Notes: a model not told the origin generated them from the sequence alone. Numbered from the stretch's first letter, positions 39,214-48,983 are shown. The stretch: DNA of 63,933 nucleotides from a virus (IMGVR_UViG_3300006059_000003:1-63933); one strand, 5' to 3'. Numbers and translations: made by a program.

Positions 39214-39474
39214 AATAAAAACGGTGAAAACCGAAAGCATATAGTACTCCGAACATGCAAAAAGTCGATTTCTAAGAAGTTAATCTAATTCTTACACCTT
39301 TCTCTTTATATAATATCTGATCTAATATATTAGTATAATTAGTATATTGTTGTTATACGATAACTACATATAACTATATACTATATACTATATGATATAT
39401 ATGTTAATGTTATAGCAAAAATTGTGCATTTTGCATTTTGGCATTATACCGTTTCGTTTTTCACCGTTTTTATT
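39214..39474. other. Origin-like locus B: inverted 23-mers flanking AT-rich DNA
   Basis: AATAAAAACGGTGAAAACCGAAA at 39214-39236 and its inverse at 39452-39474 (one mismatch); TA-rich spacer. Confidence 0.6.
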
Positions 39475-39523
39475 CCCGCTTAATAACAGATATGTTACTA
39501 GATATACAGCGAAATTACCCGAC

Positions 39524-39552
39524 TTGACAAGTATGTTTCAATGTGGTAGAAT
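39524..39552 (+). promoter_or_regulatory. sigma70-type promoter of the replication operon
   Basis: TTGACA-N17-TAGAAT with TG; shares GACTTGACAAG and TGTGGTA with the 45749 promoter. Confidence 0.8.
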
Positions 39553-39582
39553 AGGGACAGTTCGACGAAAAAGGAATACAAC

Positions 39583-40893
39583 ATGTTAGTCAAAATGTCA
39601 AAGTCTTCTGTAGCTTCTGCAATCAATTCAAGACGATCTAAGAAGGTAACTGTAAAGACTACAGCTACAGTTAAACTAGTAGAAGATACTGTAAAAATTG
39701 TGAAGAATCCTTCGCCACGTAAGCCTGATAGTAGAATCTGCGGATATAACTTTGTAGATAAAGATATTTGCGGATTACCAGAATATCATCATGGTCCTCA
39801 CCAAACTGTAGAAAAATCAGAAGTTCCTATTAAAGTAGTTAGACGTACAGAAACTAACTGCCCTATGGTTGCAAAGTTTGATACTAAGATTGCAGGAAGT
39901 CTTACAGATATTATCTTTGCATGGTGGTTATTAGGAAATCCAGTATCTACTCCATTAGAAATATCTTTAGATATTTACTCTAAAGGATTAAAATTTGAAA
40001 ATGAGATAAACAGTTTTCCTGCTGTACATTCTCTAGTATTTCTAGGGTATATGGAGACTATAGAATGGACTGCCGCTAATCGTATTTCTCGCTGTAATAA
40101 ATACAAATTAACGAAGGAAGGTATAAAAATTGCAGAAACAATCTCGCAAAAAACGGGTACTAATCAAATTGTGGTACAAAACGAAAAAACAAATACAAAA
40201 GAATCCACAGAATCAGATTGCGATTTGTGTGAAGGAACTGGATTTAACGAAGATAATGGAGAATCCTGTAAAAAATGTAAAGGAACAGGAGTGATTAAAA
40301 CGAAGGTTAGTAATTCTCTTCCAGAGAAGGTTCGGCAACCGGAAATTGTAATGAGTACTACAATGGTTGAGTGTATTAATTGCGATGGAACAGGAGTAGC
40401 TGGAGAAACTATTTGTCCTATTTGTAAAGGGACGGGAGAGCGAGAAGGTAAGGTAGAGCCTAAGAAAATACAAGTAAAGGTTAAACCTATACTAGCTACT
40501 CCTATAGTTTATAATAAGCTAATAGATAAGGGTATCCCAAAAGATGTAGTTTATATAGGTCGTCCTTCTAAGTACGGTAATCCTTACAAATTAACTACAA
40601 ATACTTATGCAGAACGACAAACAGTAATTGAAAAGTTTCGGAAGTATGCAGAAAATAGATTACAGAAGGAACCTAATTGGTTAGACGAATTGAAAGGAAA
40701 GAGTGTGGTTTGTTTTTGCGCTCCTAAATTGTGTCATGGTGATGTACTTATAGAACTTGCAAATAAAGAACAGAAGGTAATACAGTTATCTAAAGAACCT
40801 ATAGATTGTAAGTATTGTAAGGGAACTGGAATGTCTACAATAACTACAGATGGAATGTGCCGACGATGTAAAGGAACAGGTGAAAGTAAATGA
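39583..40893 (+). CDS. Multidomain protein: wHTH-like region, DnaJ-type Zn fingers, DUF4326
   Basis: Six CxxCxGxG motifs; VYIGRPSKYGNPY...CFCAPKLCHGDVL (DUF4326); LGY...YKLTKEG wHTH-like. Confidence 0.75.
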   Translation: MLVKMSKSSVASAINSRRSKKVTVKTTATVKLVEDTVKIVKNPSPRKPDSRICGYNFVDKDICGLPEYHHGPHQTVEKSEVPIKVVRRTETNCPMVAKFDTKIAGSLTDIIFAWWLLGNPVSTPLEISLDIYSKGLKFENEINSFPAVHSLVFLGYMETIEWTAANRISRCNKYKLTKEGIKIAETISQKTGTNQIVVQNEKTNTKESTESDCDLCEGTGFNEDNGESCKKCKGTGVIKTKVSNSLPEKVRQPEIVMSTTMVECINCDGTGVAGETICPICKGTGEREGKVEPKKIQVKVKPILATPIVYNKLIDKGIPKDVVYIGRPSKYGNPYKLTTNTYAERQTVIEKFRKYAENRLQKEPNWLDELKGKSVVCFCAPKLCHGDVLIELANKEQKVIQLSKEPIDCKYCKGTGMSTITTDGMCRRCKGTGESK

Positions 40894-41048
40894 AATTTAA
40901 ATATAAAGTAGTAACTATAGTTTTAGAGGATTTTAAATCACAAGAAGGAGTAAACATTCTTAATAAGTATGGAGAATTGGGTTGGCGTGTAGTATCTACT
41001 GTACTACATAATGATTTAGTAGAAGTATTATTTTCTAAAGAAAAGTAG
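40890..41048 (+). CDS. DUF4177-like small protein (52 aa)
   Basis: KYKVV...LNKYGELGWRVV motif; ATGA coupling. Confidence 0.65.
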   Translation: MKFKYKVVTIVLEDFKSQEGVNILNKYGELGWRVVSTVLHNDLVEVLFSKEK

Positions 41049-41067
41049 AAACTAAATAAAATCCATT

Positions 41068-41099
41068 AAGACTGATGCTTTTTAAGTGTCGGTCTTTTT
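41068..41099 (+). terminator. Intrinsic terminator
   Basis: AAGACTGATGCTT/AAGTGTCGGTCTT plus T-tract. Confidence 0.6.
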
Positions 41100-42564
41100 C
41101 TTGCGTCAAAGAATACAAAATCAGGTTATAATGAAGTTAGTAAAAGTTAAATATAAAAAATACAGAACACTAATGAAACATCAACAAGATTTCATTAGTT
41201 GGGGATTAGAAAAAACCCATGTACCTAATCTAATGGATTTAAGGTTAGGAAAAACATTAAGTACTATTCGATTGATAAAGGAATGGACAGATGCAGAAAC
41301 TAATAATAATCCTGAGAACAGCACTTTTCCTGTACTTATTGTTGCGCCTTCTGCTGTACTAGAGACTTGGGAAAAAGAACTACGGTTAGAGTATGAGCAA
41401 TATGTAATCCTTCAAGGTAAAACATTTGATAGACGATCTACTCTAGCAGTTAAAGAGGGGTTCGGAATCTCTGGAAGAAGATGGATACTGATAAACTACG
41501 AATCACTTTTGTACACTCCCGGTATAGCTTTCCTTCCATGGTTTAGTGTAGTAAGTGATGAAAGCGTAATTATTAAAAATCCTAAATCCAAAATCTCTCA
41601 ACTATTTACTAAAGGATTTCATGAAGTTAAACATAGAGTAATACTTACTGGACTTATATCACCCGAAGGAGAGTTAGATATTTTCCAGCAAATGTATTTT
41701 CTATATAGAGAATTCATGGGTTGCACTAATTACTACGAATACAGAGCAAAATACTTTCGTTTACAATGGGATGGTTGGGCATGTAAACCGTCGGCAAAAC
41801 TACAGATTGAAAATGCCGTCCATGCCACTTCTTTTGCCCTCACACGAACGCAAGCAGGTATAGGCAATAAAAAGGTCCGGCAGGTACGAAAAGTCTCTCT
41901 CACGACCGAACAACAGAAAATCTATGACCGTATAGAAAAGGACTTTGTTTCAGAAGTAAAAGGACTAGAAGTAGAAACTGACCATGCTACTACTAAGTCT
42001 ATATGGTTAGCAAGAATTACAGGAGGTTGTGATACAGAAGGTACTTTCAAATGGAATCCTAAACTACAAGAATTACTGTATCTTCTTAAATACGAACTAA
42101 GTAAAGAACCTGTAGTAGTATGGTGTAGGTTTGATACAGAAATAAAAATGATAGCAGATACTTTACTAAAGAAGAAGATACCCTGCACTACTTTAACAGG
42201 TGAAGATACTAGAGAAACTAAAAAGAAGAAACAGGAATGGTTTAGAACTTGTTCTGTTCCAGGGAGAGTAATTATCTGCCAGGAAATGAAAGTCGCCGAA
42301 TTCGGAGTCAACATGTCTGCATCTTCTACAGCAGTTTACTATTCCTTTGTGTATTCTGGAAATACTATAGCACAAACAGAAGATCGTATAGAAGACCCTA
42401 TGAAGAAACAACCTTTATTATACATCTACCTTGTAGCAGAAGGAACTGTAGATGAAGATGTTGTAGAAACTATACGAGATAAAGTAAGATCGGCGAAACA
42501 GTTTATGGCAGGATTTAATTCAAGATTTAGAAAAAGGATTATGGAAAAATATGCAACAAAATAA
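41086..42564 (+). CDS. SNF2-like SF2 helicase (start probably 41131)
   Basis: HQ...LGKT, DES, LTG, VVWCRF, FGVNMS, QTEDRI motifs. Confidence 0.85.
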   Translation: MSVFFLRQRIQNQVIMKLVKVKYKKYRTLMKHQQDFISWGLEKTHVPNLMDLRLGKTLSTIRLIKEWTDAETNNNPENSTFPVLIVAPSAVLETWEKELRLEYEQYVILQGKTFDRRSTLAVKEGFGISGRRWILINYESLLYTPGIAFLPWFSVVSDESVIIKNPKSKISQLFTKGFHEVKHRVILTGLISPEGELDIFQQMYFLYREFMGCTNYYEYRAKYFRLQWDGWACKPSAKLQIENAVHATSFALTRTQAGIGNKKVRQVRKVSLTTEQQKIYDRIEKDFVSEVKGLEVETDHATTKSIWLARITGGCDTEGTFKWNPKLQELLYLLKYELSKEPVVVWCRFDTEIKMIADTLLKKKIPCTTLTGEDTRETKKKKQEWFRTCSVPGRVIICQEMKVAEFGVNMSASSTAVYYSFVYSGNTIAQTEDRIEDPMKKQPLLYIYLVAEGTVDEDVVETIRDKVRSAKQFMAGFNSRFRKRIMEKYATK

Positions 42565-43207
42565 ACCTAAAATGTTCATCTGTTTAGACCCAGGACTTAG
42601 TAGATTTCCTGGTGGTACTGGTTGGGCATTGTTTAATTCAATTTCTACTCATATAGTTCCAGTAGAAACTGGACTAATAACAACCAGAGTCGTCAAACTT
42701 TCCTGGGAAGAAAGAGTATCAGAGATTTGTAAAAGAGTACACCATGATTTAGTTCCTAAACTAAGATGGTGTGGAGTAGTGCATGGTAAAGTGTATATAG
42801 AACTTCCTACACTATTCCTATCAGCTAAAGGAATGACTTGTGCTTCTGGTAAGAATGGTGGAGATTCTGACCTTGTTAAACTAGCTTTTCTTGTAGGTAG
42901 TTTATCTGAAATATTTAGAGAATTCGATATACCTGTACAACTTATTCGTGTGAACGATTGGAAAGTTCAACTAAATGATAAACAAGTAGAAGATCGTGTA
43001 GAAAATAGATTAGGTGTTCTAAAAGGGCAGTTACCTTATTCTATTCACGAAACTTGTGCAGTTGCTATGGGTCTGTGGGTCAAAGGAAGTTTCAAAGCTA
43101 ATGAAGGAAGAATACAAAATACAGGAACAAGAGCAACCAAAGGTAAAGAAATCACAGAAATCTTCAATACCATTACAAATGTTAGAACTAGAAAAAGAGT
43201 GGAGTAA
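42551..43207 (+). CDS. RuvC-like Holliday junction resolvase
   Basis: ICLDPG...TGWA, VYIELP, DWK motifs. Confidence 0.7.
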   Translation: MQQNKPKMFICLDPGLSRFPGGTGWALFNSISTHIVPVETGLITTRVVKLSWEERVSEICKRVHHDLVPKLRWCGVVHGKVYIELPTLFLSAKGMTCASGKNGGDSDLVKLAFLVGSLSEIFREFDIPVQLIRVNDWKVQLNDKQVEDRVENRLGVLKGQLPYSIHETCAVAMGLWVKGSFKANEGRIQNTGTRATKGKEITEIFNTITNVRTRKRVE

Positions 43208-43928
43208 ATGTACTAAGTGTAGAGGTATAGGAGCTAATGCAAGAAATCATGTTTTCTACGATAGATTATCATTTTCTTTTGATGAATCATTTGAAATAGA
43301 TACTTTCAAAAAGAGAACAAGAAAAATTAGTGCTGAAACTAGAAAATTATTCTACACTAATTTAATGTATAAACCTGTAGATATTCTATTTATAGGAGAA
43401 GGTCCAGGTTTAATTGAAGATGTTAAAGGACTACCATTCGTAGGAAGTTCAGGACAATTACTCCGTCAATCACTATTAGATGCTAATGTTAAGTGTCCTG
43501 AGTGTGATGACGATGGATTGACAAACGACTGTAGTACCTGTCAAGGGGAAGGGATTATTAAGATAGGATTTATTAATCTTCTAATGTGTCGTCCTTATGA
43601 GAAGAACCCTAAAGGTACAGGAAATAGACCACCAACACAAAGAGAAGTAATTAATTGTTTTCCTAGATTAATTACGCAAATAAAACTTCTCAATCCTGCT
43701 ATGATTATTGCTTTAGGTCAAGAAGCATCAAAAATTATACCACTACTATCTGACTTACTAAATGCAGACGGATACCAGATTATGACAAGCACTTGTGTTC
43801 ATCCTTCTGCAATTCTTAGAAGAGACTCACAAAAAGAAGATATAGATTACTACACTGCACACTTTAAGAAACTATACAATATTTTCTGGACTATGAGAAA
43901 GAAAGGTTACTACAATGGCGATTCCTGA
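43056..43928 (+). CDS. Uracil-DNA glycosylase family 4-like (start probably 43101)
   Basis: CxxC, LFIGEGPG..ED..GLPFVG.SGQLL, CRP...NRPP...C, HPSAILR; inserted CxxC-CxxC ribbon. Confidence 0.85.
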   Translation: MQLLWVCGSKEVSKLMKEEYKIQEQEQPKVKKSQKSSIPLQMLELEKEWSKCTKCRGIGANARNHVFYDRLSFSFDESFEIDTFKKRTRKISAETRKLFYTNLMYKPVDILFIGEGPGLIEDVKGLPFVGSSGQLLRQSLLDANVKCPECDDDGLTNDCSTCQGEGIIKIGFINLLMCRPYEKNPKGTGNRPPTQREVINCFPRLITQIKLLNPAMIIALGQEASKIIPLLSDLLNADGYQIMTSTCVHPSAILRRDSQKEDIDYYTAHFKKLYNIFWTMRKKGYYNGDS

Positions 43929-44172
43929 AGAAATTAGACCTAGAATGGTAGTTACTGAGATAAAAGTTTCCTTTCTGAAAGATACAGAGGAAATTGGTAT
44001 AGAAGTTTCCTATGAAGACCAAAAAATATACATCTCTTTTGAATTATGGGAACTTATTAGAGAATTCTACTTTAATAGTGTACCAAAACAACAACTAATT
44101 ACAAATATAGAGAATGTATACGGTACAGATAAACAAATAGAAGACTTTGAAAGAAGTCAGAAATTAAGGTGA
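43915..44172 (+). CDS. Hypothetical protein
   Basis: Coupled ORF within operon. Confidence 0.6.
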   Translation: MAIPEEIRPRMVVTEIKVSFLKDTEEIGIEVSYEDQKIYISFELWELIREFYFNSVPKQQLITNIENVYGTDKQIEDFERSQKLR

Positions 44173-45356
44173 TAATTATGGCAACAGTTAAAGTAAAGAA
44201 AAGAATAATACAGAATATAGTAAATTCTGTTTCAGTTAAGGACAGTATTCCTTCTCTTCCAGAAAGAGTGAAGCGAGTATTGGCGAAACCGCTTCCTGTA
44301 ATTTCTGGAGAAGAATCCTACTATTGGTTGCTTTCCCGCGACGGCATAACGCAAAGTGCAATTTCTGTATATGAAGAATGTCCTAGGAAGTTACAGTATA
44401 AATTACGAGAAGGATTAACTAAAGGAACTTCAGATCACAGTCTTGATTTTGGAAATATGTTCCATCATATTCTGGATAAATGCTACAGTAGTATAAAAAC
44501 TTTTCCAGTAAGAAAAGGTATAAATCCTAAGACAGCATGGACTACTATAATAAATCAAGCATGTAAAGAATACTACTATAAACAATCTAAAGACTTAGAT
44601 GTAAAAGATACTCAAAAATTTGAATTAATGTTCGGAACATGTAAACTGATGTTAGAACATTATTTCGATTGGTGGGGAAAAGAAGATTTAAGTCTAAATT
44701 TTGTAGGAGTAGAACAGCTTTTCGATGTACCCTATACCCTTCGTAATGGGGTAAAAATTAGACTTAGAGGGAAGATAGACGGTATCCTAAAAATAGACGG
44801 AGGATATTGGATTCTTGAAAACAAAACAAAAGGAAGTATAGATGATATAGGTGCATATTCTGTTAATGGAGTAGTAGAGTCTATGGGGTACAATCTACAG
44901 GTTCTTTTCTACTGTCTTGCAATCAAGGGAGTGTATGGAGTATATCCAAAAGGTGTAATCTATAATCTTATTAAAAGACCCGGACAGGAATTTAAAGGTA
45001 CATTCAATAGAAAGCCAGAAACTCTCCCTGAATACTATGAAAGAATTAAGAAAGATATTGCAGAAAAGATAGTAGAAGTAGGAGGAAAGAAATTCAATCC
45101 ATACCTTCTTCGTTATCATGTAAGAATTACAGAAGAAGAGATTCAAACATGGTCATTACAAGATTTTGATTCTGTAATAGAGGAAATATACCAATGGGAT
45201 ATGCAGAATCTCATTTCCAGAAGAGTACAGGCAAGCTGTTTTATGTTTCGGAAACCATGCGAATTCCTAGACATATGTTCCTCTGGAAGTAAAGTCGGAT
45301 ATTCTAAAAGAGAACACGTATTTCCTGAATTAGTTTCTGAGGAGGAAGATGAATAA
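44169..45356 (+). CDS. Cas4-like PD-(D/E)XK exonuclease (start probably 44178)
   Basis: CPRK, FG..FH, E...RGKIDG...ILENKT, Q..FY, C-terminal C...PCEF..IC. Confidence 0.85.
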   Translation: MIIMATVKVKKRIIQNIVNSVSVKDSIPSLPERVKRVLAKPLPVISGEESYYWLLSRDGITQSAISVYEECPRKLQYKLREGLTKGTSDHSLDFGNMFHHILDKCYSSIKTFPVRKGINPKTAWTTIINQACKEYYYKQSKDLDVKDTQKFELMFGTCKLMLEHYFDWWGKEDLSLNFVGVEQLFDVPYTLRNGVKIRLRGKIDGILKIDGGYWILENKTKGSIDDIGAYSVNGVVESMGYNLQVLFYCLAIKGVYGVYPKGVIYNLIKRPGQEFKGTFNRKPETLPEYYERIKKDIAEKIVEVGGKKFNPYLLRYHVRITEEEIQTWSLQDFDSVIEEIYQWDMQNLISRRVQASCFMFRKPCEFLDICSSGSKVGYSKREHVFPELVSEEEDE

Positions 45357-45711
45357 AAACACAAACTATGCTAGAGTAGGAAATATAGCAGGACATAGTT
45401 GTTATGGTTTTGTAAAGAAAGAAGTTATAGTAAAGAAAGAAGAGTATAGGAAACCTATGTTCAAAGAAGATGATAAGCTAGAAAGTATACTATCTCCACC
45501 TAAAACTACATTTGTAAATATTGACTATACTTGGCATTTAGTTAGTATAGGAGATAGAGTACACGGTCTAGTAGAACCTAATACTAAATGTGGAGTAAAT
45601 CTTGCTTTAAAAGAAAGAATACTTACATCTACTAGGGTAGCATCTAGCGAAAATATCTGTGAAGTTTGTTTATTAAATATATCTATAGAAAATACAGACA
45701 CTAAAACATAA
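45349..45711 (+). CDS. Hypothetical Zn-binding protein
   Basis: WH...TKCG...CEVC. Confidence 0.65.
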   Translation: MNKNTNYARVGNIAGHSCYGFVKKEVIVKKEEYRKPMFKEDDKLESILSPPKTTFVNIDYTWHLVSIGDRVHGLVEPNTKCGVNLALKERILTSTRVASSENICEVCLLNISIENTDTKT

Positions 45712-45748
45712 TACTATATTACTATGTAATACACTATAATACAGGGAC

Positions 45749-45777
45749 TTGACAAGCGGAAAACCGTGTGGTATAAT
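45749..45777 (+). promoter_or_regulatory. Perfect-consensus sigma70 promoter
   Basis: TTGACA-N17-TATAAT with TG extended -10. Confidence 0.9.
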
Positions 45778-45780
45778 GAA

Positions 45781-46027
45781 TCATGGCTAAATGCCTACCC
45801 AAAATCACAAACGGTAACAGTCGTATGGAAAAGCCGAATTGACGGTGCGGAAGTTTAAACCGTGTAGCGTAGAACCTACAGGAACTCCGGCGGAATCTAG
45901 AAGTAGCTAAGTTGGCGTAGAATCTGATGTTATTAGTTGATATGACCTATACTTTCTCTTAGTAGTAAAGATAGAAGTCTTAGACTAGATTTTATACAAT
46001 GGCTTAGAGCAACGTGTCCTTCCATGA
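45781..46027 (+). ncRNA. Candidate structured RNA / long leader
   Basis: Follows a strong promoter; no long ORF; TCATGG/CCATGA closing stem with internal hairpins. Confidence 0.35.
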
Positions 46028-46066
46028 AATGTAACAAATAGATAATCAAAAAGGATTAATAGAGTT

Positions 46067-46993
46067 ATGGCAACGGTAATAAATCGTTCCGGCGGTAGAG
46101 TATCCACAGTCAATAAACCAAAACCAGTTAGTAGAAAATCTACAAAAACACCAATCCCCACAATAGATACAGATGTTGACTTGACAATACCAGATGAACC
46201 ATGTGAACCGGAATACGACCTAAGTACTTGTACTTTCGTATTACATGGAGAGGAAGGTATAGGAAAAACATCAGTAGCACGTGAATTTCCTTCTCCTCTA
46301 TTTCTTATGTTTGAACCTGGTGGTAAGTTTCTTAGTATGTCCCGTATACCACGCAACGGACAGTTTTCTAAATGGTCGCAATTTGTAAAGGTAATAGACA
46401 ATCTATTAAAGTCTGATACTTATAGGACTGTAGTTATAGATACTGTTGATTTGTGTTATATACTTTGTGAACAGCATATTTGTGAAGAAAATGTAGAACA
46501 ACATATTAATGACGGTTCACTAGGGTTCAATCGTGGAAATGACAAAGCAGAGTTTGAATTCAAGGAACAAATTCTACGCATAACAGGAAGTGGTAGAGGA
46601 GTAATCTTTATATCTCATAGTAAATCTGTAGAATTTGAAAAATCAACAGGTGTAAAACATACAAAAATAATTCCTACTATGAAAGATCGTGTTCGTCGGT
46701 TCCTCAAAGGTTTTGTTGATATGACAATGTATTTTGGTTATTCTGGTAATAAACGAATACTAACTATAGAAGGTTCCGACGATGTTGATGCTAAAAATAG
46801 AATGGGAAGTGCAGGTAGATTCTTCACACCTAAAGGAGAAGCAATTCGTTCTGTAGATATGGGAGATTCTGCACAAGAAGGTTATGATAATTTCTTAAAG
46901 GCTTTCAACAATCAACAAGTTGACCCAGGCGATGATGTAAGAACTGCACGTCTCTCTGAGGTAAAAGCAAAATTTGCAGTTAAAAAGAAATAA
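46067..46993 (+). CDS. Sak4-like AAA_24 ATPase (ssDNA annealing)
   Basis: HGEEGIGKT, TVVIDTV, IFISH, AKNR motifs; next to SSB and Cas4-like genes. Confidence 0.85.
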   Translation: MATVINRSGGRVSTVNKPKPVSRKSTKTPIPTIDTDVDLTIPDEPCEPEYDLSTCTFVLHGEEGIGKTSVAREFPSPLFLMFEPGGKFLSMSRIPRNGQFSKWSQFVKVIDNLLKSDTYRTVVIDTVDLCYILCEQHICEENVEQHINDGSLGFNRGNDKAEFEFKEQILRITGSGRGVIFISHSKSVEFEKSTGVKHTKIIPTMKDRVRRFLKGFVDMTMYFGYSGNKRILTIEGSDDVDAKNRMGSAGRFFTPKGEAIRSVDMGDSAQEGYDNFLKAFNNQQVDPGDDVRTARLSEVKAKFAVKKK

Positions 46994-47002
46994 AGGAATA
47001 CA

Positions 47003-47101
47003 GTGATTAAACACAGAAATACCATTGGAGTTGTTTTTGTAAACATAGCCGGAGCAATTTTTGTAATTGGTGTAATTGTTTATGCACTAATTAACATGTA
47101 G
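47003..47101 (+). CDS. Small membrane peptide (32 aa)
   Basis: AAAGGA RBS, GTG start, single hydrophobic helix. Confidence 0.45.
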   Translation: MIKHRNTIGVVFVNIAGAIFVIGVIVYALINM

Positions 47102-47181
47102 AATTTAACGAATTATCTTTCAGTTAAGTTGAGTAATTCCTGACGTGGTGAACAGATAATGGCTCCTTCTGAATAGATAAT

Positions 47182-47244
47182 AGAGGTAAGATTGAATACA
47201 GGTTTTTGTATTCTCCTGAGTAGTATAATCTTACCTCTTTTTTT
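47182..47244 (+). terminator. Long-stem terminator / structured element
   Basis: AGAGGTAAGATT/AATCTTACCTCT stem enclosing an inner hairpin, then a T-tract. Confidence 0.6.
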
Positions 47245-47388
47245 CTTTTTCTCACTAGAATACAAATACAAAATAAAGGAAACTGATAGACAAACAAAAA
47301 TACATTCTATCTAAATGATTCATTCTCTTTTCCAGAGAAATTATCGTCAACCGTTCGTAATCTGTTTGAAAGGTTTTTAGTTACCAAT

Positions 47389-48825
47389 ATGGCAACACAA
47401 TCGTTATCGTCCTTACTTGCTAAGGCAAAGAAGAACTGGTCTGAAACTGTAGAAACTGCGAAGAAGAATAACTCCGTAGTTTTTGATGATGGTTCCTATA
47501 CGGGACAGTTTGTAGCATTCGATATTAAACAGTCGAATCCACAGGAGAAGGGTAAAGTACCTACATGGGGCTGTCTAATTTCTCTTCTTATTCTCGAAGG
47601 AGATAAAGAAGGTAAGACATACTATCAATGGGTTAATCTTTTCGATAAGATTGATGGAGAGGAACAACTCGGTGTAATTTCTCCATACTTTATTCCTTAT
47701 CTGGAAAAGTTTACAAATACTGATGCAGAGGAATTAGATATATCCAAACTGGAAGAAATCCTAAAAGACTGTGTAGACGAAAATCAGGTATGGGATTTTA
47801 CGTTGAAGACAGGTTCGGCAGGGTTCCAGAATCTACGGCTTATTAAGAGAGATGAAAACTATAAGCCAGCTAAGAAGGGTGCAAAATCTACACCTGTTCC
47901 TACTCCACAAGACCACAAGAAACCTACTCCTACTAAAGCAGAAGCCGCAAAATCTACTCCTAAGAAGAAGACAAAGCGAGAATGTCCTTTTGAAGAAGGA
48001 CAGGAGGTTACCTTTACTGATAATGATATAGAGTATACTGGAACTGTTGCAGAAATTGATCTGGATAACGAAACAGTAGACATTTCTTACACCTTTACTA
48101 AGAAGGTAGGAAAGAAGACTGTAGAGGAGGAAGCAGTAGCAACTGTAGGTTATGATAATGTTACTGCTATAGAATCTGACCTTCTTCCTTTTGAAGAAGG
48201 CGACGAAGTTATCTGGATAAAGGTAACGGGTTCTGGTAAGAGGGCAACTACAGAAACTATTGAATGTACTGTTGAATCTGTGGATACTGAGAATGAAACC
48301 TGTAATGTAGTTTTTGGTAAAGGTAAGAACAAAATCGTCGGAGTAGTTAAGTGGGAAGATTTGTCTAAACCTGAATCTGAGGAGGATGAAGAGGAAGACG
48401 AAGAAACTACAGAAGAAGAGGAAGAAGAAACCGAAGCAATCAATCTTGAATTGGAAGAAGGCGACGAAGTTACCTTTACCAATGATGAAGATTTAGAAGT
48501 TACTGGTACTGTAGTTTCTCTTGATGAAGACGAACAAACCTTGGAGGTTAAGATCAAGGTTGGTAAGAAATTCCAGACAGTTACCGTACCTTACTCTTCT
48601 GTAGTTATTCCTGATGCAGAGGAAGAAGACGAAGAAGGGAATGAAGAAGACGAAGAGGAAGTAGTTCCTACAGTTGGAGATGATGTAGAATTCATAGACG
48701 AAAAGACAGGTAAGGAAGTACAGGGTAAGATTGTTAAGCTAGACCCTACAAACTCTATTGCTTCTGTAAAAGTAGGAACAGTAGTAAAGAAACTTTCCTA
48801 CGATGATATTCAAATCTTACGATAG
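47389..48825 (+). CDS. SSB-like protein with four tandem SH3/Tudor-like acidic repeats
   Basis: DUF669-like N-domain (DGSYTG...ILEG..EGK); repeats FEEGQEVTF, FEEGDEVIW, LEEGDEVTF, TVGDDVEF. Confidence 0.65.
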   Translation: MATQSLSSLLAKAKKNWSETVETAKKNNSVVFDDGSYTGQFVAFDIKQSNPQEKGKVPTWGCLISLLILEGDKEGKTYYQWVNLFDKIDGEEQLGVISPYFIPYLEKFTNTDAEELDISKLEEILKDCVDENQVWDFTLKTGSAGFQNLRLIKRDENYKPAKKGAKSTPVPTPQDHKKPTPTKAEAAKSTPKKKTKRECPFEEGQEVTFTDNDIEYTGTVAEIDLDNETVDISYTFTKKVGKKTVEEEAVATVGYDNVTAIESDLLPFEEGDEVIWIKVTGSGKRATTETIECTVESVDTENETCNVVFGKGKNKIVGVVKWEDLSKPESEEDEEEDEETTEEEEEETEAINLELEEGDEVTFTNDEDLEVTGTVVSLDEDEQTLEVKIKVGKKFQTVTVPYSSVVIPDAEEEDEEGNEEDEEEVVPTVGDDVEFIDEKTGKEVQGKIVKLDPTNSIASVKVGTVVKKLSYDDIQILR

Positions 48826-48953
48826 GAAGTGAGGATATACAGTCCTATATCTCTATAGCTGTAAGGTATAGTAATTCCAGTTACTATCTAGCTAAGTATC
48901 CTTGTGGGGTCCGTATCTGATGCTAGTATAGAAATATAGAAACTGTAGAGGAG

Positions 48954-48983
48954 AAAGCAGGGTATTCATTTACCCTGCTTTTT
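48954..48983 (+). terminator. Intrinsic terminator
   Basis: AAAGCAGGGTA/TACCCTGCTTT plus T-tract. Confidence 0.75.

Noticed and set aside
44169-45356. Cas4-like gene as evidence of a CRISPR-Cas system
   Set aside because: There is no cas1/cas2 or array; it sits with Sak4 and SSB as an ordinary phage recombination exonuclease.
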